64,000 bases of DNA from Clostridiales bacterium (GCA_017513085.1 JAFWDK010000027.1:128001-192000), one strand, 5' to 3'. Shown: positions 49,701 through 59,642, counted from the stretch's first letter. The notes: a model not told the origin generated them from the letters alone. Translations and numbers: made by a program.

Positions 49701-50516
49701 TCAATTCGGAATATATGTATTAGTTTCCTGATTGAAGAAGGAATAATAATCGAACCCATCAACTAAACCTTCAAACTCGGCAAAATCCATAAATCGATAG
49801 ATTTTGTTATCAGGTGTAACTATAGCTTCCATATCTCCATAATATAAGTATACCAGCTGTTGTCCAGCATGCTGTTGTAGAAAACTGTTGTACTGGGAAT
49901 ACCATGATCCACCGAAAGCAATGCCATACCAAAGGCCATTCTCATCTTTTGATACGGATATAACGGATATAAGATCTTCGTCGTTATAGACTAGAAAATC
50001 TCTCCAATTGACAGCTACAGAATTATCATTTGTTCTGTAATGTCCATACCCCGTTTCGCTGATGACCATATTCTGAGCATTAACACCAGATGCCTCAAGA
50101 CTGTTTTTGATGCCTGCATAGTTTTCCATTAGAAATGCATAGGCTTCTTCATTTGTTAACCAATAATCTACACCCGTTAAATGAACACAAGCTCTATCCG
50201 TGATAATTACGCCTTCTTCTCCGCATCCGTCAGGAACTGTTTCGTTAGTTGATCCATGAGATGTCTGAAGCGTTTCCTCTGTAGCCGTAGAACTTATAGA
50301 TTCTGAAATCAAGGTATTCTCAGTTGTGAACGTATCCTTCCTAGGTAATAACTTTATAACCATAACTGCAATACCTGCTACTATCAAGACTGATGCAGCG
50401 ATCCCAATGTATCGAACCCAAGCCGCATTTTTCTTTGCCTTTTGAAATGTCTTCGCTTCCTCAATAAATCTATCGTCTATGATTTCGAATGTATCCAATA
50501 TGAATTCTCTTCTCAT
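49701..50516 (-). CDS. Putative anti-sigma factor
   Basis: IDDRFIEEA N-terminus and IAASVLIV TM; overlaps the ECF sigma stop. Confidence 0.75.
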   Translation of the reverse strand: MRREFILDTFEIIDDRFIEEAKTFQKAKKNAAWVRYIGIAASVLIVAGIAVMVIKLLPRKDTFTTENTLISESISSTATEETLQTSHGSTNETVPDGCGEEGVIITDRACVHLTGVDYWLTNEEAYAFLMENYAGIKNSLEASGVNAQNMVISETGYGHYRTNDNSVAVNWRDFLVYNDEDLISVISVSKDENGLWYGIAFGGSWYSQYNSFLQQHAGQQLVYLYYGDMEAIVTPDNKIYRFMDFAEFEGLVDGFDYYSFFNQETNTYIPN

Positions 50517-51073
50517 AATTCGAACCCCCTTGCTAACAGATAATCGCGGAGTTTGATCCTGATGCGACGAATTGATGTGGATATATTATTCTCACTTGTT
50601 CCTAGTCTTAAGGCAATTGACTTGATATCATCAGCGTACCAATACCGACGTACTATCATTACTCTTTTCTCCAACGGGAGATCATAAAGAAAATCGTTAA
50701 TTGCCTTTGCCAGATCATTGCGGACAACATCATCTTCGGGACTGGGATTATCTGACGCAATTTCACCGATTTCATCCAGTAGAGCCGGAATCACATTGCC
50801 GCCGCGCTTTTCTGCTAAGTTCTTACGATATCGATCCAAGGAAATGTTTCGAACGATGCGTCCGATAAAAGCAGAGAAGACGGATGGTTTCTGTGGCGGA
50901 ATGGTATTCCATACCCTGGAATATGTATCATTCACACATTCTTCTGAATCCTCATTGTTATAGAGGATGTTGTAGGCAATGGAAAAGCAGTAGTTGCCGT
51001 ACTTTCGCGAAGTCTCAGTAATTGCCGATTCGTCGCGATTCCAATATAAGCGAATTATTGCATCATCATTCAT
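50513..51073 (-). CDS. ECF RNA polymerase sigma factor
   Basis: RDESAI, DSEECVND, RIVRNISLDRYR, RRYWY; AAGGAGG RBS before ATG 51073. Confidence 0.92.
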   Translation of the reverse strand: MNDDAIIRLYWNRDESAITETSRKYGNYCFSIAYNILYNNEDSEECVNDTYSRVWNTIPPQKPSVFSAFIGRIVRNISLDRYRKNLAEKRGGNVIPALLDEIGEIASDNPSPEDDVVRNDLAKAINDFLYDLPLEKRVMIVRRYWYADDIKSIALRLGTSENNISTSIRRIRIKLRDYLLARGFEL

Positions 51074-51092
51074 CAAGATGACCTCCTTCACT

Positions 51093-51125
51093 TATATAGA
51101 CGTATTCCTCACATGAATCTGACAG
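51093..51125 (-). promoter_or_regulatory. Putative autoregulated ECF promoter
   Basis: Minus strand reads TGTCAGATT...CGTCTATATA just before the sigma RBS; CGTC is the typical ECF -10. Confidence 0.5.
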
Positions 51126-51144
51126 TTATTATTCTACCATTTTG

Positions 51145-52869
51145 TCAATCATCAGTTTCATCTATCCTTCTAAATACAGCAACTACATCTGGTTCGTAAT
51201 ACAAGGTCTCATAATCATCGTTTAAGTAATCATCAACACTGTACTTGTCGTTTTCCTGTCGAAGATCTACGACATAATACTCAGTCTTGTTGTCCGTTCG
51301 TTCCAGTTCATAAACAACATCGTGATCCGAGAAGTCGGCTACAAAGAAAGCTGTAGCCGTAACAGATGCATCTTCAGGCACAAGGGAGACAGCGTAGTTT
51401 ATCTTTGCACGTTTTTCCGCCGAACGGTTAAAGAAATCTATGTACCCCAGGTGGTCATAATTGATGCTTGAACATAATACTATCGTACAGCACGCACCAT
51501 ATAGAAGCAGTTTATCTCGATGTTTTTCTTTAAGGTCGGCATAGTTGAGTACTGCCAGATATACGAGAATAGCACATGTACCAAAGCAGTATTGATATCT
51601 CATATCATATTGGTAATGGTAATTCGGCATCAGGTTAATCAATATCCATGGGAGCATAAGAATAGCTCTTTTAAAATCCTTTGTTATTATTGGCAGGAAT
51701 CCCATCGGCATCAGAGTCAGGAACATAAACTTCAGTTTATCTGCCACTGAAATCTGACTTATAACGTAGACAGGATCTGAGATTGCGGTTGATAGGATCG
51801 ACAATGTTCCTTCTCCGTCCTGCAAATAATTGTTATAACGATACAACATTACCCCGTCGCCGTATGTGGACAGATAGCGCGTGATACCCACGAAGTATGC
51901 AATAGATACTATAAAAATGCATAAATTACATTTGTAGTTTTTATGGGTAAATAAAAAGTACAAAGCAATAACAGCAACATATACGGCCGCATCTTCTTTG
52001 ACTGCAAGCAATAATATAGAGAAAAGCGCCTGACCATACCATAATTCTTTTTCACAGAAATATATAAGCCACAAAACAAGCGGTGCAAGGAAACAGTTCT
52101 CATGAAGATGGTAGAAACAACCACCGACAAATCCCGGAAAGAATAGATATATCAGTGAGAAGATGATCATTGAGGCTTTCCCTAACGAGTGCTTTCTCAT
52201 GATCAACGCCAAGGGTATTATTCCGGACATTACGATCAAACTTTGCATAAGTTCCAGAGTTATAGGACTTGGGAAAAGATAATAGAATGGAAGAATAAGA
52301 TAGTAGATGGGTGACATATGAACAGAGAAATGTGACATTAAAACATCTCTTTCACAAGTCGTAAATGGTATGCCTGTCTCTTTCATATAATGAAACATTT
52401 GAGAAAATATCCCAAAGTCATAACAGGCAGTCCAATGGTTTATATAGATCAGGCAACAGTTCCCTCCAACCAGTACGACAAAAAGGAGACATAGGAATAG
52501 AATAGAACGTCGGAATGTTTTATTCCCTATTCGCGGTCGGATATCCTTGATATCGGTACTCAGAATAATAATCCCAAGAACTACACACAGTCCTATTGCG
52601 AAATACTGTTCACGATTGATTACTGCCGCAGCTGTAAAGTAGAGGGTCGAAAAGACAATCATGGCAAGTTTGACAACTCTCTGATCTTTCAATCTGTTGA
52701 TCAGTAACCAGATCGAGAATACTGCAACTATGAAGAGAATGATCGCCAAGTATTTCACTGAGTGTAAATTGACCAGATCCATTTGTTTATTGGCAAAATA
52801 TAATACAGAGACGAGAATCCAGCTTAGTGCAAGATTATATGCTTTGTTAGAATCTAGTTTAGCGAACAT
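51145..52869 (-). CDS. DUF2079 family polytopic membrane protein (GT-C-like)
   Basis: YDFGIFSQ, SHFSVHMSPI, LHENCF, VKED, YQY, LVPEDASV. Confidence 0.8.
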   Translation of the reverse strand: MFAKLDSNKAYNLALSWILVSVLYFANKQMDLVNLHSVKYLAIILFIVAVFSIWLLINRLKDQRVVKLAMIVFSTLYFTAAAVINREQYFAIGLCVVLGIIILSTDIKDIRPRIGNKTFRRSILFLCLLFVVLVGGNCCLIYINHWTACYDFGIFSQMFHYMKETGIPFTTCERDVLMSHFSVHMSPIYYLILPFYYLFPSPITLELMQSLIVMSGIIPLALIMRKHSLGKASMIIFSLIYLFFPGFVGGCFYHLHENCFLAPLVLWLIYFCEKELWYGQALFSILLLAVKEDAAVYVAVIALYFLFTHKNYKCNLCIFIVSIAYFVGITRYLSTYGDGVMLYRYNNYLQDGEGTLSILSTAISDPVYVISQISVADKLKFMFLTLMPMGFLPIITKDFKRAILMLPWILINLMPNYHYQYDMRYQYCFGTCAILVYLAVLNYADLKEKHRDKLLLYGACCTIVLCSSINYDHLGYIDFFNRSAEKRAKINYAVSLVPEDASVTATAFFVADFSDHDVVYELERTDNKTEYYVVDLRQENDKYSVDDYLNDDYETLYYEPDVVAVFRRIDETDD

Positions 52870-52895
52870 GACAAGAAGAATCCTTTCAAGAATCT

Positions 52896-52909
52896 ACTAC
52901 AAATGTAGT
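52896..52909. promoter_or_regulatory. BlaI/MecI/CopY-type operator upstream of the DUF2079 gene
   Basis: Palindrome ACTACA-AA-TGTAGT (TACA-NN-TGTA consensus). Confidence 0.75.
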
Positions 52910-52927
52910 TTATTGGGGTAAAAAAAT

Positions 52928-54142
52928 TTATTCGCTTGGATAAGCGGTCATAGAGGTTGTTGTTTCTGTAATAGCAGTGGTAGTCGTTGGGATTGTTTCA
53001 TCGCCGAAATACTGCACATACGAAGTTTCTTCCACTTCCATGTTGTCAATATCCATATAATACGTCGTGACTTCAGTCATATCTTCTTCACCTATCCAAT
53101 ATGTTGTCTCCGCACTAGATTCGGGAGTGTTCATGATGGTCGTAGTTACAGACGGGTAGGAGTCATTGTATGAAGAATCCTGAGAAGAGATATCTTTAGA
53201 TGCAATAGCAAATCCCGATATGCACGTAAGAAGAATAATCGCAATCAATGTACCTATAAATAGTCTACGAGATCCTGATAGGATCAATTGAAGTCTGTGC
53301 TTAAGGCTTTGTTTAGGAGAATAAAAGTTGGTCGTTATAGCTGGTGTGGGGCTAACTGAAAACGTAGATCTGGTTGCTGAGACTGTATTAAGGATCGACT
53401 CACAATATACTTTTCGCATTTGTGCATCCTCATCAGAGGTGACGGCCATATCACAATAATATTCGCATTCCTGTTCGAGTTTCCTGCTTATCACTATCAT
53501 CAAGGGATTGAACCAGTGCATGGTGCGACATACCGTGATGAAAAGCTTAATCCAAAGGTCATGATGTTTATAATGTGTAAGCTCGTGCTTAATGATTAAT
53601 CTCAGTTCGTTATAACCATAACTTCTGCAGGGGATAAGGATTATCGGATTGATAAGCCCGGTCATCATTGGTGACGAGATGCATTCGGATGTATACACCT
53701 CTATTGGTCTTTTTATCTTGAGTGCTTTAGATACTTCACTTGTCAATTCCTGTATATCAGAAGGCGCCGATTTTGCAAATCGCATAACTGTTTTATTCCA
53801 TGCAGTACTACGTATAATGTAGAAAAGAATAAATGATACCGCTCCGATAAGATAAATGGCAGTTACAACAGACATAGGATTAATCAGTGATGTCGTACTA
53901 GTATGGACTGTATTTGTAGCAACAACAGGATTTGCTGGTGCTGTATTCTCTAAAGTAACCAATGCACTTCCCCAATGGGGTCTGATTGGAATGAGAAATC
54001 CGATAATAACGACAAGCCAAGAATAGTATCTGATCGATGGAGACTGTTTATTGCTAAGAACGCGTGAGACTATCAGATAGATTACTGCGACTATGGACAT
54101 GTTCATTGAGCAAATGAGAATATTAAGCATTGCACACCTCAC
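52928..54142 (-). CDS. BlaR1/MecR1-like peptidase M56 without penicillin-binding domain
   Basis: SPMMTGLINPIILIP, HELTH, HWFNP, EYYCD; short Thr/Glu-rich C-terminus. Confidence 0.9.
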   Translation of the reverse strand: MRCAMLNILICSMNMSIVAVIYLIVSRVLSNKQSPSIRYYSWLVVIIGFLIPIRPHWGSALVTLENTAPANPVVATNTVHTSTTSLINPMSVVTAIYLIGAVSFILFYIIRSTAWNKTVMRFAKSAPSDIQELTSEVSKALKIKRPIEVYTSECISSPMMTGLINPIILIPCRSYGYNELRLIIKHELTHYKHHDLWIKLFITVCRTMHWFNPLMIVISRKLEQECEYYCDMAVTSDEDAQMRKVYCESILNTVSATRSTFSVSPTPAITTNFYSPKQSLKHRLQLILSGSRRLFIGTLIAIILLTCISGFAIASKDISSQDSSYNDSYPSVTTTIMNTPESSAETTYWIGEEDMTEVTTYYMDIDNMEVEETSYVQYFGDETIPTTTTAITETTTSMTAYPSE

Positions 54143-54510
54143 ATATCATTAAGCCAGTTCTTGAGTTCACTAATATCTTCGTCAGATATCTCGCCATCAC
54201 TATATAAGGCCTTCACAAAACCTGACATCTTATTTGCACCGAATCTACTTTTCAGTGATTCTGCCTCAATGTTCATATATTGTGACTCGCTGATAACAGC
54301 ATAATATCCACGCTCTTTGCCATTCTTTTCGGAATGCAGAAAGCCTTTCTTTTCCAACCTGACAAGCATAGTCATGACGGTTTGCTGTTTCCAATCACGA
54401 TCATGAAGATCCCTGCTTAAGATTACCGTGAGGGCTGGAGAAGTTACAGGCTGCTCGATATGCCAAATAGCCTTCATTATTTCAAATTCTGCATCCGGTA
54501 GTTTTTTCAT
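54139..54510 (-). CDS. BlaI/MecI/CopY family repressor
   Basis: LPDAEFEIMKAIW, TVMTMLVRLEKKG. Confidence 0.93.
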   Translation of the reverse strand: MKKLPDAEFEIMKAIWHIEQPVTSPALTVILSRDLHDRDWKQQTVMTMLVRLEKKGFLHSEKNGKERGYYAVISESQYMNIEAESLKSRFGANKMSGFVKALYSDGEISDEDISELKNWLNDM

Positions 54511-54531
54511 TGCACGAATAATCTTTCATAA

Positions 54532-54545
54532 ATTACATTTGTAGT
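54532..54545. promoter_or_regulatory. BlaI-type autoregulatory operator
   Basis: ATTACA-TT-TGTAGT ~22 nt upstream of the repressor start. Confidence 0.75.
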
Positions 54546-54640
54546 TTATCTAATGATAAGTCAATAATTCCGTGTTGTCAATTTGAAATATGAGAAAACG
54601 GCAGTCATCGATAAACAAGACTATATCCCTTAGGTTACTA

Positions 54641-54686
54641 AGGGCGCACTTCTATACATACCCTACGGGATGTATCAGTGCGCTCT
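54641..54686. other. MOBQ-type origin of transfer (oriT)
   Basis: AGGGCGCACTT is the reverse complement of AAGTGCGCCCT, the RSF1010/pIP501-type nic motif; lies in an inverted repeat with AGTGCGCTCT. Confidence 0.75.
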
Positions 54687-54783
54687 CCGAGGGCAGGTAA
54701 TGCAACTTCGCTTCAGATGCATTAATCTTCGTCACGTTCGTTCCGGACAAGAGGCTCAGCCTCTTGCGCCACTATGGTGGCTA

Positions 54784-56145
54784 TCACCAATCCCGCCACT
54801 TCAGGCGGTCGTATTCATGGAACCTTATATGAGGATATTGAGCCGCATACCGCTCACAGTAATCAGCGGGTCTGCATCTGACATAGATGTTGATGATCGA
54901 CTCATATAACGGGGCAAACTTCTTCGCGGCATATTCGATCTTTTCAAGATCGTTCCGATCAAAGCGTCGATCCGTATCTCGGACTATTTTGACGAAAAGC
55001 ATTTTGCCATCGTATGGAATTACGCTTTCAAAGTGATAAACAAAACCTTTCTCGATAACATCAGATGGTCTTATGCTGCAAAGCGGATTCCCCGTATACA
55101 AGTCATCCAGCCCGAAATCAATGTTCAGTGCGTGAAGGTGACATGCCTTTTCGTATTCCTGTTCAGATAATCTTGTAACCGCTTTAATGTAGTCATCGGT
55201 AATTTCCGGAAATTGCTGAGGTCGAGCCAATCGCATTTTTTCTTTGATCAGGAAGGAATAGTATAGCTCCATATATATGTTTCGGAAGTAATAGCATTTC
55301 CCGGAATGTTTAAGTATCCGAACATCAACAAGGGAGCGAAGATACTTCTCACATTTATTATATGCATATCCTGTTACGGAACCGATCTCGCTTATACGAG
55401 TATTATCCTCTGCAATGACAGTAAGTAGTTCATTATATATCTCCGGTTTGCGGAAATAATGATCCATCAGATGCGGCATATAATTCATCAACGGCGAATC
55501 AATGCGGGTCAGGTTCCAAGCCGCATCTTTGAAATTTTCATATTCAGAAAAAAGCCGGACAAGTTCCGGTATTCCTCCGGTTGCCGTGCTTACCAGGAGA
55601 GAATTCTGCGCATCCATCTTCGGAAGCATCTTATGAACGTCGGAAAGTGCCAGATGATTCACAGTGCAAGGGAATATGTTTTTGCCCATCCCCGTGGGAA
55701 GCCGTTCTCCGACAAGACAGATAAAAATGTTATTGCGATCCGGATCGAACCTAAACTTTTCGAAAGCATCGATAAACCCAATATAATCTTCTGTTTTCTG
55801 GATATCGTCAAGGATAAAGATCTTATAATGCCAGCCTGACAGATGCTTCATCGTTTCAAAGATATCACTCCAATTATCACTTGCCGCTTTGATGCCGGTG
55901 TACCTTTCAACACGCTCGGCTAACAGCTTCTGTGCGCAATTCTCCGACTGACCTTTAAATGAAAAATAGCACAGATCGGCTCGGTTCTCATAAGCCTTTA
56001 AAACAAGAGATGTCTTGCCGCAGTGAGGCTCTCCCAAAACGGCAAGTATCTCCCGCGGTTCACCCCAACCGTTCTTGTCATGGAGGTTTTCCTTGAACAG
56101 CCCTTTTAACTCATTAACGTAAATCGTTCTCGGCGCGAATAACAT
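54784..56145 (-). CDS. P-loop ATPase (archaeal-type AAA, winged helix, DUF234-like tail)
   Basis: GEPHCGKT Walker A, FILDD Walker B, TGGIP, YLRSLV HTH region. Confidence 0.75.
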   Translation of the reverse strand: MLFAPRTIYVNELKGLFKENLHDKNGWGEPREILAVLGEPHCGKTSLVLKAYENRADLCYFSFKGQSENCAQKLLAERVERYTGIKAASDNWSDIFETMKHLSGWHYKIFILDDIQKTEDYIGFIDAFEKFRFDPDRNNIFICLVGERLPTGMGKNIFPCTVNHLALSDVHKMLPKMDAQNSLLVSTATGGIPELVRLFSEYENFKDAAWNLTRIDSPLMNYMPHLMDHYFRKPEIYNELLTVIAEDNTRISEIGSVTGYAYNKCEKYLRSLVDVRILKHSGKCYYFRNIYMELYYSFLIKEKMRLARPQQFPEITDDYIKAVTRLSEQEYEKACHLHALNIDFGLDDLYTGNPLCSIRPSDVIEKGFVYHFESVIPYDGKMLFVKIVRDTDRRFDRNDLEKIEYAAKKFAPLYESIINIYVRCRPADYCERYAAQYPHIRFHEYDRLKWRDW

Positions 56146-56408
56146 ATTTCACCTTCTCAGTAAATAATCAACTTATAAGTTGATAAAAGTGCTTTCATTA
56201 TACATCAAACGGCATTTTGATTCATTGTTGACAATTTTCGTTCTGAACAAAATGCCCATAAAATAAGGCTCTTTAAAAAGTTTACAAAATAATTTCGATC
56301 ATTTGTCTACCAACTGCCCGGAAAACCACTAACAAAAAGTAGAAGCACCTGAAAGGGCAAGAATGTCTTTTTCGAAGGTTTCAATAATCAAATTTGCAGG
56401 AGGTAAGA

Positions 56409-56735
56409 ATGAAAAAACAAACAGTCGAAGACATCAGGAAGGAGATCATATCCACAGAAAAGGACAAGGTGATCATCGTACATCAGATCAAAAGGCTGGA
56501 GAACCGGGCAAACTATTACACCAAAGCTGAGAAGCGAAAAAGAACGCATCACCTGTGTAATATCGGCGGTGCAATCGAGGCTCTTTTCCCTATTTCGAAG
56601 ACACTTTCAAAGACAGAATTCTTCGAATTTATGGAGAAGATTTCAGCATTGCCGGATGTTGTTTCCTTGGTAAAAGAGACAGAGAACAGAATTATGATAA
56701 ACACCGCTGACGATCACGGGAAGGATGTGGTCTGA
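56409..56735 (+). CDS. DUF3847-like mobilization accessory protein
   Basis: KRKRTHHLCNIGGAIE motif, coupled to the relaxase. Confidence 0.75.
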   Translation: MKKQTVEDIRKEIISTEKDKVIIVHQIKRLENRANYYTKAEKRKRTHHLCNIGGAIEALFPISKTLSKTEFFEFMEKISALPDVVSLVKETENRIMINTADDHGKDVV

Positions 56736-58174
56736 TGGCGCTCTATCATTTTTCCGTAACACAGGTTAAGCGAAGTGCAGGACAAAGCGCGATTGCCTGC
56801 GCATCGTATCGTGCAGGGGAACGTCTTTACAGTCAATATTACGATGAGGTCAGTGATTACTCCAAGAAAGGGGGCGTGATCTATAGTGAGATCATGCTTC
56901 CAGAGAATGCACCTAAGGAATATGCGGATCGGGAAACACTCTGGAACGCTGTCGAAGATGTGGAGAAACACCCCAAGGCACAGCTGGCATATAGCTTTGA
57001 TATTGCTCTTCAGAACGAATTATCCCAAGAAGAAAATATCGATCTGGCTAGAAGATTTGTGAAGGAATATCTTGTGGCAGATGGTATGATCGCTGATCTT
57101 GCCGTTCACAATCCTGAACGTGACGGGAACCCCAATCCTCATATTCATATCCTTACAACGATGCGGCCTCTTAATCCTGACGGAAGCTGGGGATCTAAGC
57201 AGCATCGTGAATATCTTTTTGATGATCAGGGGAATCCCGTAAAGGATGAGAAAGGTAATCAGAAATATAAAGCGGTACCGAATACCGATTGGGGAACACC
57301 CGAGAAACTTCAGCAATGGCGCGAGGATTGGGCAAACCTCGTTAATTCCAAATTCGAAGAGAAAGGTCTTCCCTGTCGAATAGACCACAGATCTTATGAG
57401 AATCAGGGCATTCATGAACTTCCGACAGTTCACGAAGGTCCGACTGTCCGTGCGATGGAACTGAAAGGCATTCCAACGGAAAAGGGCGAGTATAACCGAT
57501 GGATACGAAAGACAAATGCGATGATCAGGGGTCTTCTCTCTAAGATTAAAGAAATGGTCGCCGCTATCAAAGACATGCGCGAAGAAATCAAGAGAATCGA
57601 GGAAGAACCTTCTCTCGCAGATCTGTTGATGGCAGGTCGAACCCCAGCAAAATCATCGTTACAGGATCTGAAATTCCTCTCGGCGGATATTCTCTTCCTT
57701 CAGAAACATTCTATCTATCGAATCGATGATCTTGAGAACTATCTTGAAAAGATGGAGTCTCTTAAGCAGTCGCAGAAAGATCGTCTGGATAAATGCAATG
57801 CCCGGAGAAAAGAAGTGAAAGAACTTATCTCCTTGCTTGATATCTATCACGAGACCAAGCCGATCTACGAAGAAGGCATGAAGAAATTCTTCGGCAAAGA
57901 GAAGTATATGCAAGAAAACGAAGGCAGGATCAAACAATATCAGATGGCAAAGAGAAAACTCGCCAAAGCATCAAAGTCTCGCGGCGGAAAACTCACAAAG
58001 AAAATGCTCGAAAAGGAACTTGCAGCATTGGATTCGGAGTATTCCGCTATCCGCGATGAATTCGTCAAGAGTCGAGACGAAGTCCAAACGGTAAGCAGGA
58101 TCCAGTATTCGATACAGCGCGGGCTCGAAGCAAAACATCCTCATAAAACCAGAGCTACAGATCTATCACTTTAA
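56735..58174 (+). CDS. mobA: MobA/MobL family (MOBQ) relaxase
   Basis: MALYHF, SAIACASYRAG, LWNAVE, NPHIHIL, IDHRSY, PTVHEG. Confidence 0.93.
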   Translation: MALYHFSVTQVKRSAGQSAIACASYRAGERLYSQYYDEVSDYSKKGGVIYSEIMLPENAPKEYADRETLWNAVEDVEKHPKAQLAYSFDIALQNELSQEENIDLARRFVKEYLVADGMIADLAVHNPERDGNPNPHIHILTTMRPLNPDGSWGSKQHREYLFDDQGNPVKDEKGNQKYKAVPNTDWGTPEKLQQWREDWANLVNSKFEEKGLPCRIDHRSYENQGIHELPTVHEGPTVRAMELKGIPTEKGEYNRWIRKTNAMIRGLLSKIKEMVAAIKDMREEIKRIEEEPSLADLLMAGRTPAKSSLQDLKFLSADILFLQKHSIYRIDDLENYLEKMESLKQSQKDRLDKCNARRKEVKELISLLDIYHETKPIYEEGMKKFFGKEKYMQENEGRIKQYQMAKRKLAKASKSRGGKLTKKMLEKELAALDSEYSAIRDEFVKSRDEVQTVSRIQYSIQRGLEAKHPHKTRATDLSL

Positions 58175-58196
58175 AAATACGGAGGTATATAAATAT

Positions 58197-58451
58197 ATGA
58201 AAAAGTATTATAACAATCCCAAATATGATGCGGCATTTGATCGTTGCGTCAATATATTGGCAACCCTTATGGTGAAGTACGGCCCGAGAGTGCTTCTGAA
58301 GCAGGCCGTTGAAAGAATACTTGGTAAGGGACGCCTGAGTATCTACAATCCTGAAAGTCCTAAGATCAAGAAAGAACGTCTTATCGCGTATCAGAAAGAG
58401 TACGGCAAGATCAGTTCTTCCGCTAAGGATGTAAAAGATAAAGCCGCATAA
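58197..58451 (+). CDS. Small hypothetical protein of the IME
   Basis: 84 aa, GGAGG RBS, basic, between relaxase and regulator. Confidence 0.6.
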   Translation: MKKYYNNPKYDAAFDRCVNILATLMVKYGPRVLLKQAVERILGKGRLSIYNPESPKIKKERLIAYQKEYGKISSSAKDVKDKAA

Positions 58452-58529
58452 GACACAAATCTACAATTTGTGCGTTGCACATGATATGATTATTAGTTAT
58501 TATTAGTGCAACGCATAGATAAGGAGATT

Positions 58530-58742
58530 ATGATCATGGACTGCAAGACAAAGATAAAAGAACTTCGTGAGATGACAGGAATGAACAGAACGGAGTTTTG
58601 TGAGTACTTCCAGATTCCATACGGAACAGTTACCGATTGGGAACGTGATTACCGTCATGCACCGGAATATGTTCTCCGCCTTCTGGAATACTACATCCGT
58701 ATGGAGAATCTCATAAAAGACAATAAGGACGAAACGAAGTAA
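58530..58742 (+). CDS. XRE-family HTH protein
   Basis: IKELREMTGMNRTEFCEYFQIPYGTVTDWE. Confidence 0.85.
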   Translation: MIMDCKTKIKELREMTGMNRTEFCEYFQIPYGTVTDWERDYRHAPEYVLRLLEYYIRMENLIKDNKDETK

Positions 58743-58781
58743 CCGCATCGAATTACATACGGTTAGAAAGGAAAAGATAAT

Positions 58782-59642
58782 ATGGCTAACAAACCCATTA
58801 AAGATACTATTCATGCTAAAGGATTTGATATCGGTATATATACCACCGATTACGAGAATGAATTTATATCATTGACGGATATCGCAAGATATAAGAGCGA
58901 TATGCCTCATGATGTGGTCAAAAACTGGATGAGGAGCCGAGAAACAATAGAGTTTCTTGGAATCTGGGAGAGTCTGCACAATCCGAATTTTAAACAGGTC
59001 GAATTCGACCTGTTTAGAAAGGAAGCAGGATTGAACGCATTCACAATGTCACCTACAAAGTGGATCGAAAGTACAAATGCTATCGGCATCGTTACAAAAG
59101 CCGGACGTTATGGCGGAACTTATGCGCATTCCGATATTGCACTCGAGTTTGCATCTTGGGTATCTGCCGAATTCAAACTTTATATCATGAAGGACTATCA
59201 GAGACTAAGGCGTGATGAAAGTAGCAGGCTGTCTCTTGCATGGAACCTTCACCGCGAGATTGCCAAGCTTAATTACCGTGTTCATACCGATGCGATCAAG
59301 GATAATCTGATTCCACCGGAACTGACATCAACGCAGATCTCATATAAGTATGCAAGTGAAGCAGATATGCTTAATGTCGCACTTTTCGGTAAGACTGCTA
59401 AAGAATGGCGGGATGAGAATCCTGATAAAAACGGCAATATGAGAGATTATGCTACTCTGAATCAACTCCTTGTTCTGGCTAACATGGAAAGCTATAACGC
59501 AATTCTTATTGAACAAGGAAAGCGGATGTCAGAACGTCTTGTTCTCATTAGAAAGCAAGCTATTAAACAACTTCAGACACTTGATCTGGTAAGTCTGGAC
59601 AATCTGCCCAAGCTCCCGGGAGGAGATAATAATGAAGAATAA
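58782..59642 (+). CDS. KilA-N domain DNA-binding protein
   Basis: FISLTDIARYK, TIEFLGIWE, GRYGGTYAHSDIALEFASW. Confidence 0.9.
   Translation: MANKPIKDTIHAKGFDIGIYTTDYENEFISLTDIARYKSDMPHDVVKNWMRSRETIEFLGIWESLHNPNFKQVEFDLFRKEAGLNAFTMSPTKWIESTNAIGIVTKAGRYGGTYAHSDIALEFASWVSAEFKLYIMKDYQRLRRDESSRLSLAWNLHREIAKLNYRVHTDAIKDNLIPPELTSTQISYKYASEADMLNVALFGKTAKEWRDENPDKNGNMRDYATLNQLLVLANMESYNAILIEQGKRMSERLVLIRKQAIKQLQTLDLVSLDNLPKLPGGDNNEE

Noticed and set aside
52928-54510. Beta-lactam resistance locus
   Set aside because: No beta-lactamase or alternative PBP nearby and the sensor lacks a penicillin-binding domain
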